A stretch of 64,000 bases of DNA, from positions 1-64,000 of the IMG/VR virus record IMGVR_UViG_3300044911_000835. One strand, 5' to 3'. This document shows, piece after piece, positions 7,068-14,071 of this stretch. Made by a program: the position numbers and the translations under genes. The notes under the pieces were generated by a model. The model ran no database searches. It worked only from the letters and a program-made list of their open reading frames with translations, and had not been told where the DNA came from. The first letter of the stretch is position 1, and each line of letters starts with the position of its first letter. This stretch comes from a virus.

Positions 7068-7094
7068 TAAAAGGCCTTCGGGCCTTTTATTTTC
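7067..7094 (+). terminator. intrinsic terminator
   Basis: ATAAAAGGCC TTCG GGCCTTTTAT TTT. Confidence 0.85.
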
Positions 7095-7126
7095 TTCCTT
7101 TGCGCCAAACCCGCGAAATTCTTCAC

Positions 7127-7155
7127 TTGCTTAAAGTTGCTTAATACCGTATAAT
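7127..7155 (+). promoter_or_regulatory. sigma70-type promoter
   Basis: TTGCTT-17-TATAAT. Confidence 0.75.
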
Positions 7156-7184
7156 ATTATTTCTTTCTGAGAAAAGGAAACAAA

Positions 7185-7460
7185 ATGCAAATTCAATCAA
7201 CCATTACTATGGCTGACACTGTACTAGACTTTATGATGAACGATGAAAATATTATCGAATGGTTTGCTACAGATATGCTAACTGGTGAGTCGGATAGGGG
7301 TTTAGTAGATGCTGAGAATACAGACCTATTCTTTAAAGCAGTTTATATTGCACTATCTGGTGATGATACCTCTATCTCCACAGCAAAGTATGAAGAAATG
7401 GAACGCTTGCTAGGTTTTACAAATGAGAATTCACGGCATCCGGCTCGCTGGATTCCCTAA
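7185..7460 (+). CDS. hypothetical protein
   Basis: AAAGGAAACAAAATG start. Confidence 0.7.
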   Translation: MQIQSTITMADTVLDFMMNDENIIEWFATDMLTGESDRGLVDAENTDLFFKAVYIALSGDDTSISTAKYEEMERLLGFTNENSRHPARWIP

Positions 7461-7466
7461 CAATTT

Positions 7467-7543
7467 GGGCCTCAAGCTTAAGTGGTATAAGCGTCCGACT
7501 CATAATCGGTTGACACAGGGTTCGAGTCCCTGGGGGCCCACCA
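7467..7543 (+). tRNA. tRNA(CAU), probably Ile2 (lysidine type)
   Basis: GGGCC.. acceptor and CCGA-CT CAT AA-TCGG arm typical of Ile2; ACCA. Confidence 0.85.
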
Positions 7544-7549
7544 AATATT

Positions 7550-7625
7550 CCGCCGTTAGCTCAGTGGACAGAGCAGCAGGTTTCTACCCTGTAGGTCGGG
7601 AGTTCGACTCTCTCACGGCGGGCCA
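7550..7625 (+). tRNA. tRNA-Arg(UCU)
   Basis: CCGCCGT/ACGGCGG, TT TCT AC loop, GCCA. Confidence 0.92.
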
Positions 7626-7628
7626 TAT

Positions 7629-7689
7629 CTAGAAGTACTCGAATAGGTGAAAATCCTTGTAATTGAAATGTATTATAGAGTGCTTCTAG
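7629..7689 (+). ncRNA. small stem-closed spacer RNA
   Basis: CTAGAAGTACTC/GAGTGCTTCTAG. Confidence 0.4.
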
Positions 7690-7693
7690 CTAT

Positions 7694-7768
7694 GTCCTTG
7701 TAGTTCAATGGAAAGAATAAGGCACTCCTAAGGCTTTGATACAGGTTCGATTCCTGTCGAGGATACCA
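7694..7768 (+). tRNA. tRNA-Arg(CCU)
   Basis: cloverleaf, CT CCT AA loop, ACCA. Confidence 0.88.
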
Positions 7769-7777
7769 AATTTAAGC

Positions 7778-7837
7778 TTGAAAGAGTTGTAGAAACACTG
7801 TAAAATATCTTTTCTGAAATCGAAAAAGGAAACAAAA
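7778..7837 (+). promoter_or_regulatory. promoter/RBS cassette
   Basis: TTGAAA-17-TAAAAT plus shared block. Confidence 0.75.
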
Positions 7838-8089
7838 ATGAAAGTTTTTCTCGCACTTAGTGATAATGGTGATGGTTCCCAATCAATTAACTGGTTTAAA
7901 GATGTAACTATCGAACAGCTAGAGAAGCTAGAAGAAGATGACCCAGATACTTGGGGTAGTGGTGACGGTCTTCAGTATCAAGAACTAGACTTTCCAGATA
8001 ATTTTGATTTTGAAGCCCTTGGTGTACACTACTGGTCTACTTTGCCTACTGGTGATGAAGACGATGACGGGTTTGAAGAAGAGGAGTAA
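7838..8089 (+). CDS. acidic hypothetical protein
   Basis: D/E-rich; SDNGDGS motif. Confidence 0.7.
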   Translation: MKVFLALSDNGDGSQSINWFKDVTIEQLEKLEEDDPDTWGSGDGLQYQELDFPDNFDFEALGVHYWSTLPTGDEDDDGFEEEE

Positions 8090-8097
8090 GTAATAAG

Positions 8098-8171
8098 ACC
8101 ACGGTAGCTCAAAGGTAGAGCAAAGCCCTGATAAGGCTGAGACGAAGGATCGTTACCTTCTCGTGGTACCA
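8098..8171 (+). tRNA. tRNA-Ile(GAU)
   Basis: CT GAT AA loop, ACCA; variant T loop. Confidence 0.88.
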
Positions 8172-8183
8172 AGAATACTAAGT

Positions 8184-8258
8184 CTAGGCGTAGCTCAGCC
8201 AGGCCAGAGTCCTTGCTTTGGAAGCAAGTTGTCGTAGGTTCGAATCCTACCGCCTAGA
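8184..8258 (+). tRNA. tRNA-Pro(UGG), no encoded CCA
   Basis: CTTGC-TT TGG AA-GCAAG; acceptor extended by a 10-bp flanking stem. Confidence 0.88.
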
Positions 8259-8282
8259 CTTAGTATTTTGAAAGGAAATAAA

Positions 8283-8462
8283 ATGAATCGTCAAGCTATT
8301 ATTAAACTTCTTCAATCAAACCTATCAGATGAAGATGTTCTAGAAATTCTAGAAGATATTATCTGTAAAAAACAGAATAAGTACTTTAATACAGATATGT
8401 ATAGACCACTATACCAACCATGGATTACTCCAGCCTATAAAGTTGGAGAGACCAGTGTCTAA
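8283..8462 (+). CDS. hypothetical protein
   Basis: AAGGAAATAAAATG start. Confidence 0.6.
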   Translation: MNRQAIIKLLQSNLSDEDVLEILEDIICKKQNKYFNTDMYRPLYQPWITPAYKVGETSV

Positions 8463-8691
8463 AGGTTCTAAACAACGTCCTTGTCTAGTATCGGATTCGC
8501 AAATGCAATCAAATTGGGATAAAATCTTTAGTAAGTTTTACAAGGTTTATGTATGGCCCGATGGCAGCTGGATTGGTGAAGATGACCAGAAAGAGCTAGA
8601 AGAAGCAATGAATGAGTCAGATGACTTCTACATAGAGGAATTATCTGAAATTGAATATAATGACTTAGTTGAAGGAAGATTGATTCTATGA
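8455..8691 (+). CDS. hypothetical protein
   Basis: GTG start after GGAG; MSKGSKQRP N-terminus. Confidence 0.6.
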   Translation: MSKGSKQRPCLVSDSQMQSNWDKIFSKFYKVYVWPDGSWIGEDDQKELEEAMNESDDFYIEELSEIEYNDLVEGRLIL

Positions 8692-8882
8692 CTACGGATA
8701 CTTGGCATCCATGTTATAATGGAGCGCTTCCTAGTATTAATTCTTGTTGGATTCGCAAACTAGATAAGTACTGTTTGTCTATAATAGACAACAGTAGCCA
8801 TAAATATATACTACAATGTGGTGATGGTTCAAAAGTAGAAGTTACTAGAGACGACTTTATAAAGTCATTTTACCCTACATGA
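8688..8882 (+). CDS. hypothetical protein
   Basis: ATGA-coupled ORF. Confidence 0.55.
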   Translation: MTTDTWHPCYNGALPSINSCWIRKLDKYCLSIIDNSSHKYILQCGDGSKVEVTRDDFIKSFYPT

Positions 8883-8891
8883 GGAAAGATT

Positions 8892-9011
8892 ATGAGAAAT
8901 AAATTTGTTGTACATATGGTTGCACGAAAAAGTGGGCCTCATGGCAAAAGTAAAAAAGCTATGAGGCGTGCAGAGAAAGTCAAATTTAATGCGTCGGTAG
9001 CTCAATGGTAG
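8892..9011 (+). CDS. basic 39-aa peptide running into tRNA-Lys (not in ORF track)
   Basis: GAGGAAAG RBS; MRNKFVVHMVARKSGPHGKSKKAMRRAEK... Confidence 0.5.
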   Translation: MRNKFVVHMVARKSGPHGKSKKAMRRAEKVKFNASVAQW

Positions 9012-9066
9012 AAGCAAGGGACTTTTAATCCCGAGGTTGTGAGTTCAAGTCTCATCCGACGTACCA
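8991..9066 (+). tRNA. tRNA-Lys(UUU)
   Basis: GGGA-CT TTT AA-TCCC, ACCA. Confidence 0.92.
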
Positions 9067-9138
9067 TATTAAAGAACTCTAAATGTGAGACCCTTAACTT
9101 AGCCTGGTAGCTAAGCACTAGAGTTCTTTAATATGGTA
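9062..9138 (+). ncRNA. stem-closed RNA overlapping the tRNA-Lys 3' end
   Basis: 20-bp perfect inverted repeat TACCATATTAAAGAACTCTA/TAGAGTTCTTTAATATGGTA. Confidence 0.55.
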
Positions 9139-9249
9139 AAATCAATTAATTACATAGTAAAACATAAGTTTTACTTTATCTTTAGAAGTGTTGAAATGAT
9201 TACCTGTATATTTATTATATCAGGAGTTATTCGACATTGGTAGTATAAT

Positions 9250-9332
9250 GCGGGAGTGGTGGAACTGGTATACACAAGGGACTTAAAATCCCTCGCTTCG
9301 GCATGAGGGTTCGACTCCCTTCTCCCGTACCA
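9250..9332 (+). tRNA. tRNA-Leu(UAA)
   Basis: CT TAA AA loop, variable arm, ACCA. Confidence 0.93.
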
Positions 9333-9338
9333 AATAAT

Positions 9339-9412
9339 GAGAGCATGACCGATAGGCTAGGTGCTGGTCTGCAAAACCAGTTAGGTGAGTTCAATTCTCA
9401 CTGCTCTTTCCA
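9339..9412 (+). tRNA. tRNA-Cys(GCA)
   Basis: CTGGT-CT GCA AA-ACCAG, U73, CCA. Confidence 0.9.
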
Positions 9413-9422
9413 AGGATTAAAC

Positions 9423-9608
9423 ATGAAACAAGACCTGATTGAACGACTAGAGAAACGAGCAGAAATTCGAAGACAGATTTCTACTAGAAAATCTGTTCAG
9501 GAAGGGCAGCCCGATCGTATTGCCGATTTGTTAGAGGAAGCTGCGAAAGCACTCAGAGAGTGTGCTAAATACTCTGATGCGGTTCAGGCAGTAAGTAGGC
9601 TTATATAA
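9423..9608 (+). CDS. hypothetical phage protein
   Basis: start moved out of the tRNAs; RAEIRRQI..RKSVQEG.PDRIADLLEEAA. Confidence 0.7.
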   Translation: MKQDLIERLEKRAEIRRQISTRKSVQEGQPDRIADLLEEAAKALRECAKYSDAVQAVSRLI

Positions 9609-9612
9609 TAAT

Positions 9613-9698
9613 GGAAGGTTGGCGAAATGGTAGCCGCACGAGTTTGCTAAACTCGCGACCGAAAGGTCGTACAGGTTCAAGTCCTGTACCTTCCGCCA
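9613..9698 (+). tRNA. tRNA-Ser(GCU)
   Basis: TT GCT AA loop, long variable arm, GCCA. Confidence 0.93.
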
Positions 9699-9704
9699 TA
9701 CAAA

Positions 9705-9780
9705 GGAACTTTAGCTGATGTGGTCATAGCGGCGGTTTGAAGAACCGTTGAAGTAGGTTCGATTCCTACAGGTTCCACCA
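9705..9780 (+). tRNA. tRNA-Phe(GAA)
   Basis: GCGGT-TT GAA GA-ACCGT, ACCA. Confidence 0.9.
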
Positions 9781-9791
9781 AATTTTTAAGC

Positions 9792-9820
9792 TTGTTTCAT
9801 TTTGCTAAATCATCTATAAT
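9792..9820 (+). promoter_or_regulatory. sigma70-type promoter
   Basis: TTGTTT-17-TATAAT ATTATTTCT. Confidence 0.75.
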
Positions 9821-9846
9821 ATTATTTCTTATGGAGATTTAGCAAA

Positions 9847-10149
9847 ATGTGTAAGCAACACGTAGAAGCGACTATTTATAATAGCAAGGGTCACATTATT
9901 GCTAGGGCCAGGAATTCTTATACTAAGACGCATCCTCGTCAGGCGAAATTCGCTAAACTTGCGGACAATCCCCTGGCTATTTATCTTCATGCAGAAATTG
10001 CCGCGCTAGTAAAGTGTCGCCAGAAGCCACATAAAATTAGTATTGTGCGTTATATGAAAGATGGTACTACTGGTAATGCTGAGCCTTGCGGAATTTGTAA
10101 GTTGGCTATTAAAGAAGCTGGAATTAAATTTGTGGAGTATTCTGTATGA
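9847..10149 (+). CDS. zinc-dependent deaminase (CDA/dCMP deaminase fold)
   Basis: LHAE and EPCGIC motifs. Confidence 0.85.
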   Translation: MCKQHVEATIYNSKGHIIARARNSYTKTHPRQAKFAKLADNPLAIYLHAEIAALVKCRQKPHKISIVRYMKDGTTGNAEPCGICKLAIKEAGIKFVEYSV

Positions 10150-10358
10150 AAAAACTTTGGCTAGTTCGTGAACCTTGTACGGTCTTATTCGATGTAAAGC
10201 CAATTCACGAAGCTCTAGGAACAGAGAAAATGGATTCTAGTGTTGAGGTAGAATTAACTGACTATGAGTACTTTGAGTACGAAAGAGTAGTAATAGATTA
10301 CGAAAGGTGGCAAGCTCTATTAGCTTGCCTTATTGACCAAAATAATGGTAGCATTTAA
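10146..10358 (+). CDS. hypothetical protein
   Basis: ATGA-coupled ORF. Confidence 0.55.
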   Translation: MKKLWLVREPCTVLFDVKPIHEALGTEKMDSSVEVELTDYEYFEYERVVIDYERWQALLACLIDQNNGSI

Positions 10359-10632
10359 CAAATTAAATAAGCCCTCTGTACGTAAAGCCACTAGTAATGA
10401 GTACAAGCTAGCCCTTTCGTATAAAGGAGCACCTGGACTACCAGGTACTATAGCTGGACATATTTTAGCAGATAAATTGCTAACAGATAGACAGATAAAT
10501 GTGTTATTTTATGCTAAGAACAATGATATAGATGCTAGATGTAGAAGGTATTCTTATAGTCCAGGAGATGATTTTCATGAGTCCGATTACGAAATTGGGG
10601 CTTATGAACTTGTAGTAGATTGGGCCAAATAA
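10333..10632 (+). CDS. hypothetical protein
   Basis: ORF in operon; start may be ATG 10345. Confidence 0.55.
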   Translation: MTKIMVAFNKLNKPSVRKATSNEYKLALSYKGAPGLPGTIAGHILADKLLTDRQINVLFYAKNNDIDARCRRYSYSPGDDFHESDYEIGAYELVVDWAK

Positions 10633-10633
10633 A

Positions 10634-10722
10634 GGAAGATTGTCTAACCTGGGATGTTAGCCCTGTCTTGAAAACAGGTGGAGCCGAGAGGCCAAGAGTT
10701 CGATTCTGCTAGTCTTCCGCCA
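10634..10722 (+). tRNA. tRNA-Ser(UGA)
   Basis: CCTGT-CT TGA AA-ACAGG, variable arm, GCCA. Confidence 0.85.
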
Positions 10723-10744
10723 TCAAATTTAAATAGGAGAAATA

Positions 10745-10960
10745 ATGACTCAGAAATACCTTGATGCAATTAATTTTATAGCAAATGAAGCACCAGATGT
10801 AGAGCTAGGTGCTGGGGGAGTAATTAGATGGGCTGAGCCTATTTGTGAACTTCTAACCTTTATTTATGATAAAGACTATGATGAGGTTACAGAAGATCTA
10901 TACGAGGCTATTAAAGAGGCTCAAGATATAGATGACGAGGATGAAGAAGAAGATTTTTAA
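10745..10960 (+). CDS. acidic hypothetical protein
   Basis: AGGAG RBS; acidic tail. Confidence 0.7.
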   Translation: MTQKYLDAINFIANEAPDVELGAGGVIRWAEPICELLTFIYDKDYDEVTEDLYEAIKEAQDIDDEDEEEDF

Positions 10961-10962
10961 GC

Positions 10963-10991
10963 TTGTTTTTTGATGTTGGATAGCGTATAAT
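10963..10991 (+). promoter_or_regulatory. sigma70-type promoter
   Basis: TTGTTT-17-TATAAT. Confidence 0.7.
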
Positions 10992-11015
10992 GTTTCTTTC
11001 ACTGGAGATATTAAT

Positions 11016-11150
11016 ATGTTTATTTTAGATCAGATTCATGCGCGTGAGTTTTCAACCGAGTTCATTGAACTTATGGATAATGCTTATTTTGAGCTATTCA
11101 AGGATACGTTCAATGCGGATGCTTTGCTAACTCACTTCTACTTTACTTAA
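11016..11150 (+). CDS. 44-aa protein (not in ORF track)
   Basis: GGAG RBS; MFILDQIHAREFSTEFIELMDNAYFELFKDTFNADALLTHFYFT*. Confidence 0.6.
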   Translation: MFILDQIHAREFSTEFIELMDNAYFELFKDTFNADALLTHFYFT

Positions 11151-11162
11151 GGAGCACCTACT

Positions 11163-11489
11163 ATGACCGTTATTAATACTTTTTATGTAGTTAAAAGTAT
11201 GTCCCCTACAAGAGTAGTAGAATACTTAGCTACAGATTATAATTCCGGTGGTTATTTCTATTGGACAGGTGTATTTAATAATAGTACTAAGTTTACTGAT
11301 AAAGCTAAACTTCCTAACCTTAAAAATACTTCTTATTTAGCTACTAACTCTGATGTAGAGTATTTAGAAGTGACTACTAATATTATTAGTAAATTTACTT
11401 TTGAAGACTTAAAAGCAAAAGAACTTGCTGAGAAAATAGCATCTCTGGAAGCTGAGTTAAAAGAACTTCGAAATTCTGTACTTGTTTGA
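11163..11489 (+). CDS. hypothetical protein with C-terminal coiled coil
   Basis: AAGGAG RBS. Confidence 0.7.
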   Translation: MTVINTFYVVKSMSPTRVVEYLATDYNSGGYFYWTGVFNNSTKFTDKAKLPNLKNTSYLATNSDVEYLEVTTNIISKFTFEDLKAKELAEKIASLEAELKELRNSVLV

Positions 11490-11510
11490 AGATGTAAAAC
11501 GATTTATAAT
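11482..11510 (+). promoter_or_regulatory. sigma70-type promoter driving a non-coding region
   Basis: TTGTTT-17-TATAAT ATTATTTCT. Confidence 0.75.
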
Positions 11511-11516
11511 ATTATT

Positions 11517-11960
11517 TCTGAAATGGAAAAGACCTCACGATGTAGAGACCAGTGTGAGAATGTGAGCTTATAGTGGGTGATCTGGTACGCACACTATGTT
11601 TTTCAGAATAAAAAAGAGTGCCACACGATTCTAGTGAACTTGGAAATTTGCTAGAAAGTGCAAATTGGCGAAAAAATACTTGTGCATGTGTAGCGACATA
11701 AGTATTCTCAATTCAAGCGCACTAAGCAGCTATGCTGATGAAAATAGTACTGGTATGTAATACGAGTCCAAGCTCTGATTGCATTACTGGTGGCCGTTGA
11801 CTACCTATTTAATGAGTCAGCCCTTTAGCGACGTTTTGGGGTTATAAACTTCGCAGCCGCCCTGAGCTTAAGAAGGAAACTGTTCATCTAACAGGTATAA
11901 TTGATGACATAGAAGAAATGGGAAATCTAAAAACAGGTACAAGCCCTGGATTGATTAACG
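11517..11960 (+). ncRNA. large orphan structured RNA candidate (about 440 nt)
   Basis: own promoter, no ORF, nested stems (AATACTTGTG/CATAAGTATT, AAGCTC/GAGCTT, GGTGGC/GCCGCC). Confidence 0.55.
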
Positions 11961-11973
11961 TAGTATTCTGTGT

Positions 11974-12063
11974 GGAGCGTTTGATGCTATGGTGTGTGCA
12001 TCGGTGGACTGTAAATCCATCCCCTCTGGGTAAACATTCTTGGTTCAAATCCAAGACGCTCCA
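11974..12063 (+). tRNA. tRNA-Tyr(GUA), no encoded CCA
   Basis: GTGGA-CT GTA AA-TCCAT; acceptor extended by flanking stem. Confidence 0.87.
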
Positions 12064-12090
12064 CAGAGAATACTAAGAAAAGTAACTCTA

Positions 12091-12212
12091 CTATTTGTAA
12101 TAACCTCTATATTGGTCGGAGATCGAACTCTCCGGTGAAGGTGTGAGAGCCTTCAAATGGTCTTCTAAATAGAACCCAGCCAATTCCTCTCACTAGAGGT
12201 TATTACAAATAG
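12091..12212 (+). ncRNA. orphan multi-hairpin RNA cassette
   Basis: 19-bp perfect terminal stem; internal hairpins; GTGAGAG/CTCTCAC possible pseudoknot. Confidence 0.6.
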
Positions 12213-12295
12213 GGCGAGTGGTGGAATGGTATACACGCTGGTCTTAGAAACCAGTGCCGGAAGGATTGAGAGTTCGAGTCTCTCCTCGCCCACCA
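12212..12295 (+). tRNA. tRNA-Leu(UAG)
   Basis: CTGGT-CT TAG AA-ACCAG, ACCA. Confidence 0.93.
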
Positions 12296-12297
12296 AT

Positions 12298-12416
12298 TAT
12301 AAGTGCTTATATATTGAAGTGCACTTCGGATATATAATCTGAGCTAGGGAATCTTAGTACATGCGTGACTAGCCAACCAGACTTAGGGTGCTGGGTGAAG
12401 TAACTAAGAACTTATA
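12298..12416 (+). ncRNA. orphan stem-closed RNA cassette
   Basis: TATAAGTGCTTA/TAAGAACTTATA ends; internal hairpins. Confidence 0.45.
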
Positions 12417-12442
12417 TACCAATTGACTTAAAAGGAAATAAA

Positions 12443-12769
12443 ATGACTAAGTATCACCCTGATTCTTGGGTAATTCTAAAGATTACCAATGAAGGTGTTA
12501 CCTACTACAAAGTCTTAGCTGGTTGGTACGGTGGTTATACTAACGGAGATTCGTGGCAGATTAATTCCGGTATTACTAGTGTAGATAAAGTAGATGGTAT
12601 ATATGAGTTTTATGGATATTCTGGTTCTGTTTATTTCTGTAATGAGAAAACAGAACGATTAACAGGACTTACGGCTAGTATACTTGAATCATACCAGAAA
12701 GACATGGAAGGTATTGGTGCTTCTATGGAAGTTGTACCTGTTTCAGAAGTAATGTTTTATTTTCAGTAA
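12443..12769 (+). CDS. hypothetical phage protein
   Basis: PD.WV...YYKVLAGWYGGY..GDSWQINSGI...GYSGS.Y.C motif-rich ORF. Confidence 0.75.
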   Translation: MTKYHPDSWVILKITNEGVTYYKVLAGWYGGYTNGDSWQINSGITSVDKVDGIYEFYGYSGSVYFCNEKTERLTGLTASILESYQKDMEGIGASMEVVPVSEVMFYFQ

Positions 12770-12777
12770 AGATTAAA

Positions 12778-12852
12778 ACTCCGTTCGACTTCAGGTGAGG
12801 TCACCACCCTTTCAAGGTGGCTAGAGGGGATCGTTACCCCTACGGAGTACCA
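12778..12852 (+). tRNA. tRNA-Glu(UUC)
   Basis: CCACC-CT TTC AA-GGTGG, ACCA. Confidence 0.9.
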
Positions 12853-12860
12853 AATTCGTT

Positions 12861-13160
12861 ACTTAAGCCTAGTGCTTAAGTTGTAAGTCTAAATTGAAGA
12901 GGTTGAGACAGGGGTTCGATTCCCCTCACCTACAAAGACGATGTGGGTGTCTTGGGTTCGATCAGCGTTGGATATCTAGACTGAGAATCGGCAATGTAGA
13001 AGCCGTAATGTAAGTGCTCTGCAACAGCAGGTCAATTCCTTTGTTGTTAAAGCTTACGAAGAAACAAAGCATTTTAAATGCAAACGACGAAGTATACGCT
13101 ATCGCTGCCTAAGCTTTAGCTGAGGTTTTGAGACTGTTCCTTATTACCCAATACAGTCTC
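12861..13160 (+). ncRNA. ssrA: circularly permuted (two-piece type) tmRNA
   Basis: T arm and acceptor 3' strand (12910-12934) precede the acceptor 5' strand GTGGGTG (12943-12949, G3-U70); tag ORF 13080-13112 = ANDEVYAIAA*. Confidence 0.88.
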
Positions 13161-13267
13161 TATTAGTTAGTACTTTGTGACGAGTTAGTACACAATGAGT
13201 ACGTAGGCATACGTACTACTTGGATGTACTCGGTAGTCAGCGGCCGCAGCAAAGTATTAACTAATAG
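13160..13267 (+). ncRNA. orphan stem-closed RNA cassette
   Basis: CTATTAGTTAGTACTTTG/CAAAGTATTAACTAATAG; inner AGTACGT/ACGTACT. Confidence 0.55.
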
Positions 13268-13340
13268 TATACTAATGTAGCCCGCGACCTGTGCACAGGT
13301 GTAGGAACAGCGGTTGGCAGCTAAAACCAGTTAGTATACT
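13266..13340 (+). ncRNA. orphan stem-closed RNA cassette
   Basis: AGTATACTAA/TTAGTATACT; GC-rich inner stems. Confidence 0.45.
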
Positions 13341-13362
13341 TTCTAATTTTTACTAGGATAAC

Positions 13363-13827
13363 ATGAAAACACTTAATATAAAAGAAATAACAGAATACTT
13401 AGCTAATGAACCGTTAGAGTCTAATGTTTATATTGGTGTAGATTCTGAGCGTTATAAAGATAAAGGTAAGTGGTTTGCTGATTATACTGTTGCGGTAGTT
13501 ATTCACCGTAATGGTAACAATGGTTGTAAAGTATTCGGCGGAATTGATACTGCTCAAGATTTTGATAGCAAATCAAATAAACCTATGATGCGTATGATGA
13601 ATGAAGTTTATCGTGCATCAGAAACTTATCTAGCTCTAGCAGAACTTTTAGTAGATCGTCATGTTGAAATTCACTTAGATATTAATCCTAGCGAATTGCA
13701 TGGTTCTAACTGTGCTATGCAACAAGCTATTGGGTATATTAAAGGTGTATGTGGTCATACACCTAAACTTAAGCCGGAAGCATTTGCGGCGTCTTATGCT
13801 GCTGATAGATTGAAGGAATATATTTAA
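13363..13827 (+). CDS. YkuK (DUF458) family RNase H-like protein
   Basis: YIGVDS, RMMNEV, EIHLDIN, KPEAFAASYAAD. Confidence 0.88.
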   Translation: MKTLNIKEITEYLANEPLESNVYIGVDSERYKDKGKWFADYTVAVVIHRNGNNGCKVFGGIDTAQDFDSKSNKPMMRMMNEVYRASETYLALAELLVDRHVEIHLDINPSELHGSNCAMQQAIGYIKGVCGHTPKLKPEAFAASYAADRLKEYI

Positions 13828-13833
13828 ATTAAT

Positions 13834-13909
13834 TGCTCTATAGTGAAGTTGGTTATCACACCAGATTTTGAATCTGGTATCTTTGGTTCGAATCCAAATA
13901 GGGCTGCCA
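13834..13909 (+). tRNA. tRNA-Gln(UUG)
   Basis: CCAGA-TT TTG AA-TCTGG, GCCA. Confidence 0.9.
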
Positions 13910-13915
13910 AATAAT

Positions 13916-13989
13916 GTCTCACTAGTGTAATGGAAGCACGGCGATCTCCAAAATCGCAAGCCGAGGGTCGGTACCTTGGTGGGATGCCA
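13916..13989 (+). tRNA. tRNA-Trp(CCA)
   Basis: GCGAT-CT CCA AA-ATCGC, GCCA; variant T loop. Confidence 0.87.
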
Positions 13990-13998
13990 GTATTAATA

Positions 13999-14064
13999 AG
14001 GTGAAAAGGGTAGCTCCCCTGATAGTGCTCAATCCACTATCTAGCCTAAGAGTTCGATTGAGGA
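13999..14064 (+). promoter_or_regulatory. HNH leader RNA motif, copy 1
   Basis: three-way junction AGGT-GAAAA-GGG/CCC-CT-GATAGTG/CACTATC-TA-GCCT; loop CTCAATC pairs with GATTGAG at the RBS. Confidence 0.65.
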
Positions 14065-14071
14065 ATAAAAG

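Noticed and set aside
7423-7632. ORF-track ORF here, and the N-terminal parts of the ORFs at 2252 and 9303
   Set aside because: They overlap clear tRNA genes; true starts lie downstream or the ORF is spurious.
11610-11670. AGTGCCAC and GAAAGTGCAA recall RNase P RNA
   Set aside because: The P4 signatures GAGGAAAGUCC and AGAACCCGGCUUA are absent.
11730-11770. CTGATGA as a second hammerhead core
   Set aside because: No stem II followed by GAAA and no stem III.
11934-11950. CAGGTACAAGCCCTG resembles twister P4
   Set aside because: No UAA cleavage loop, P2 or matching pseudoknot strands could be placed.
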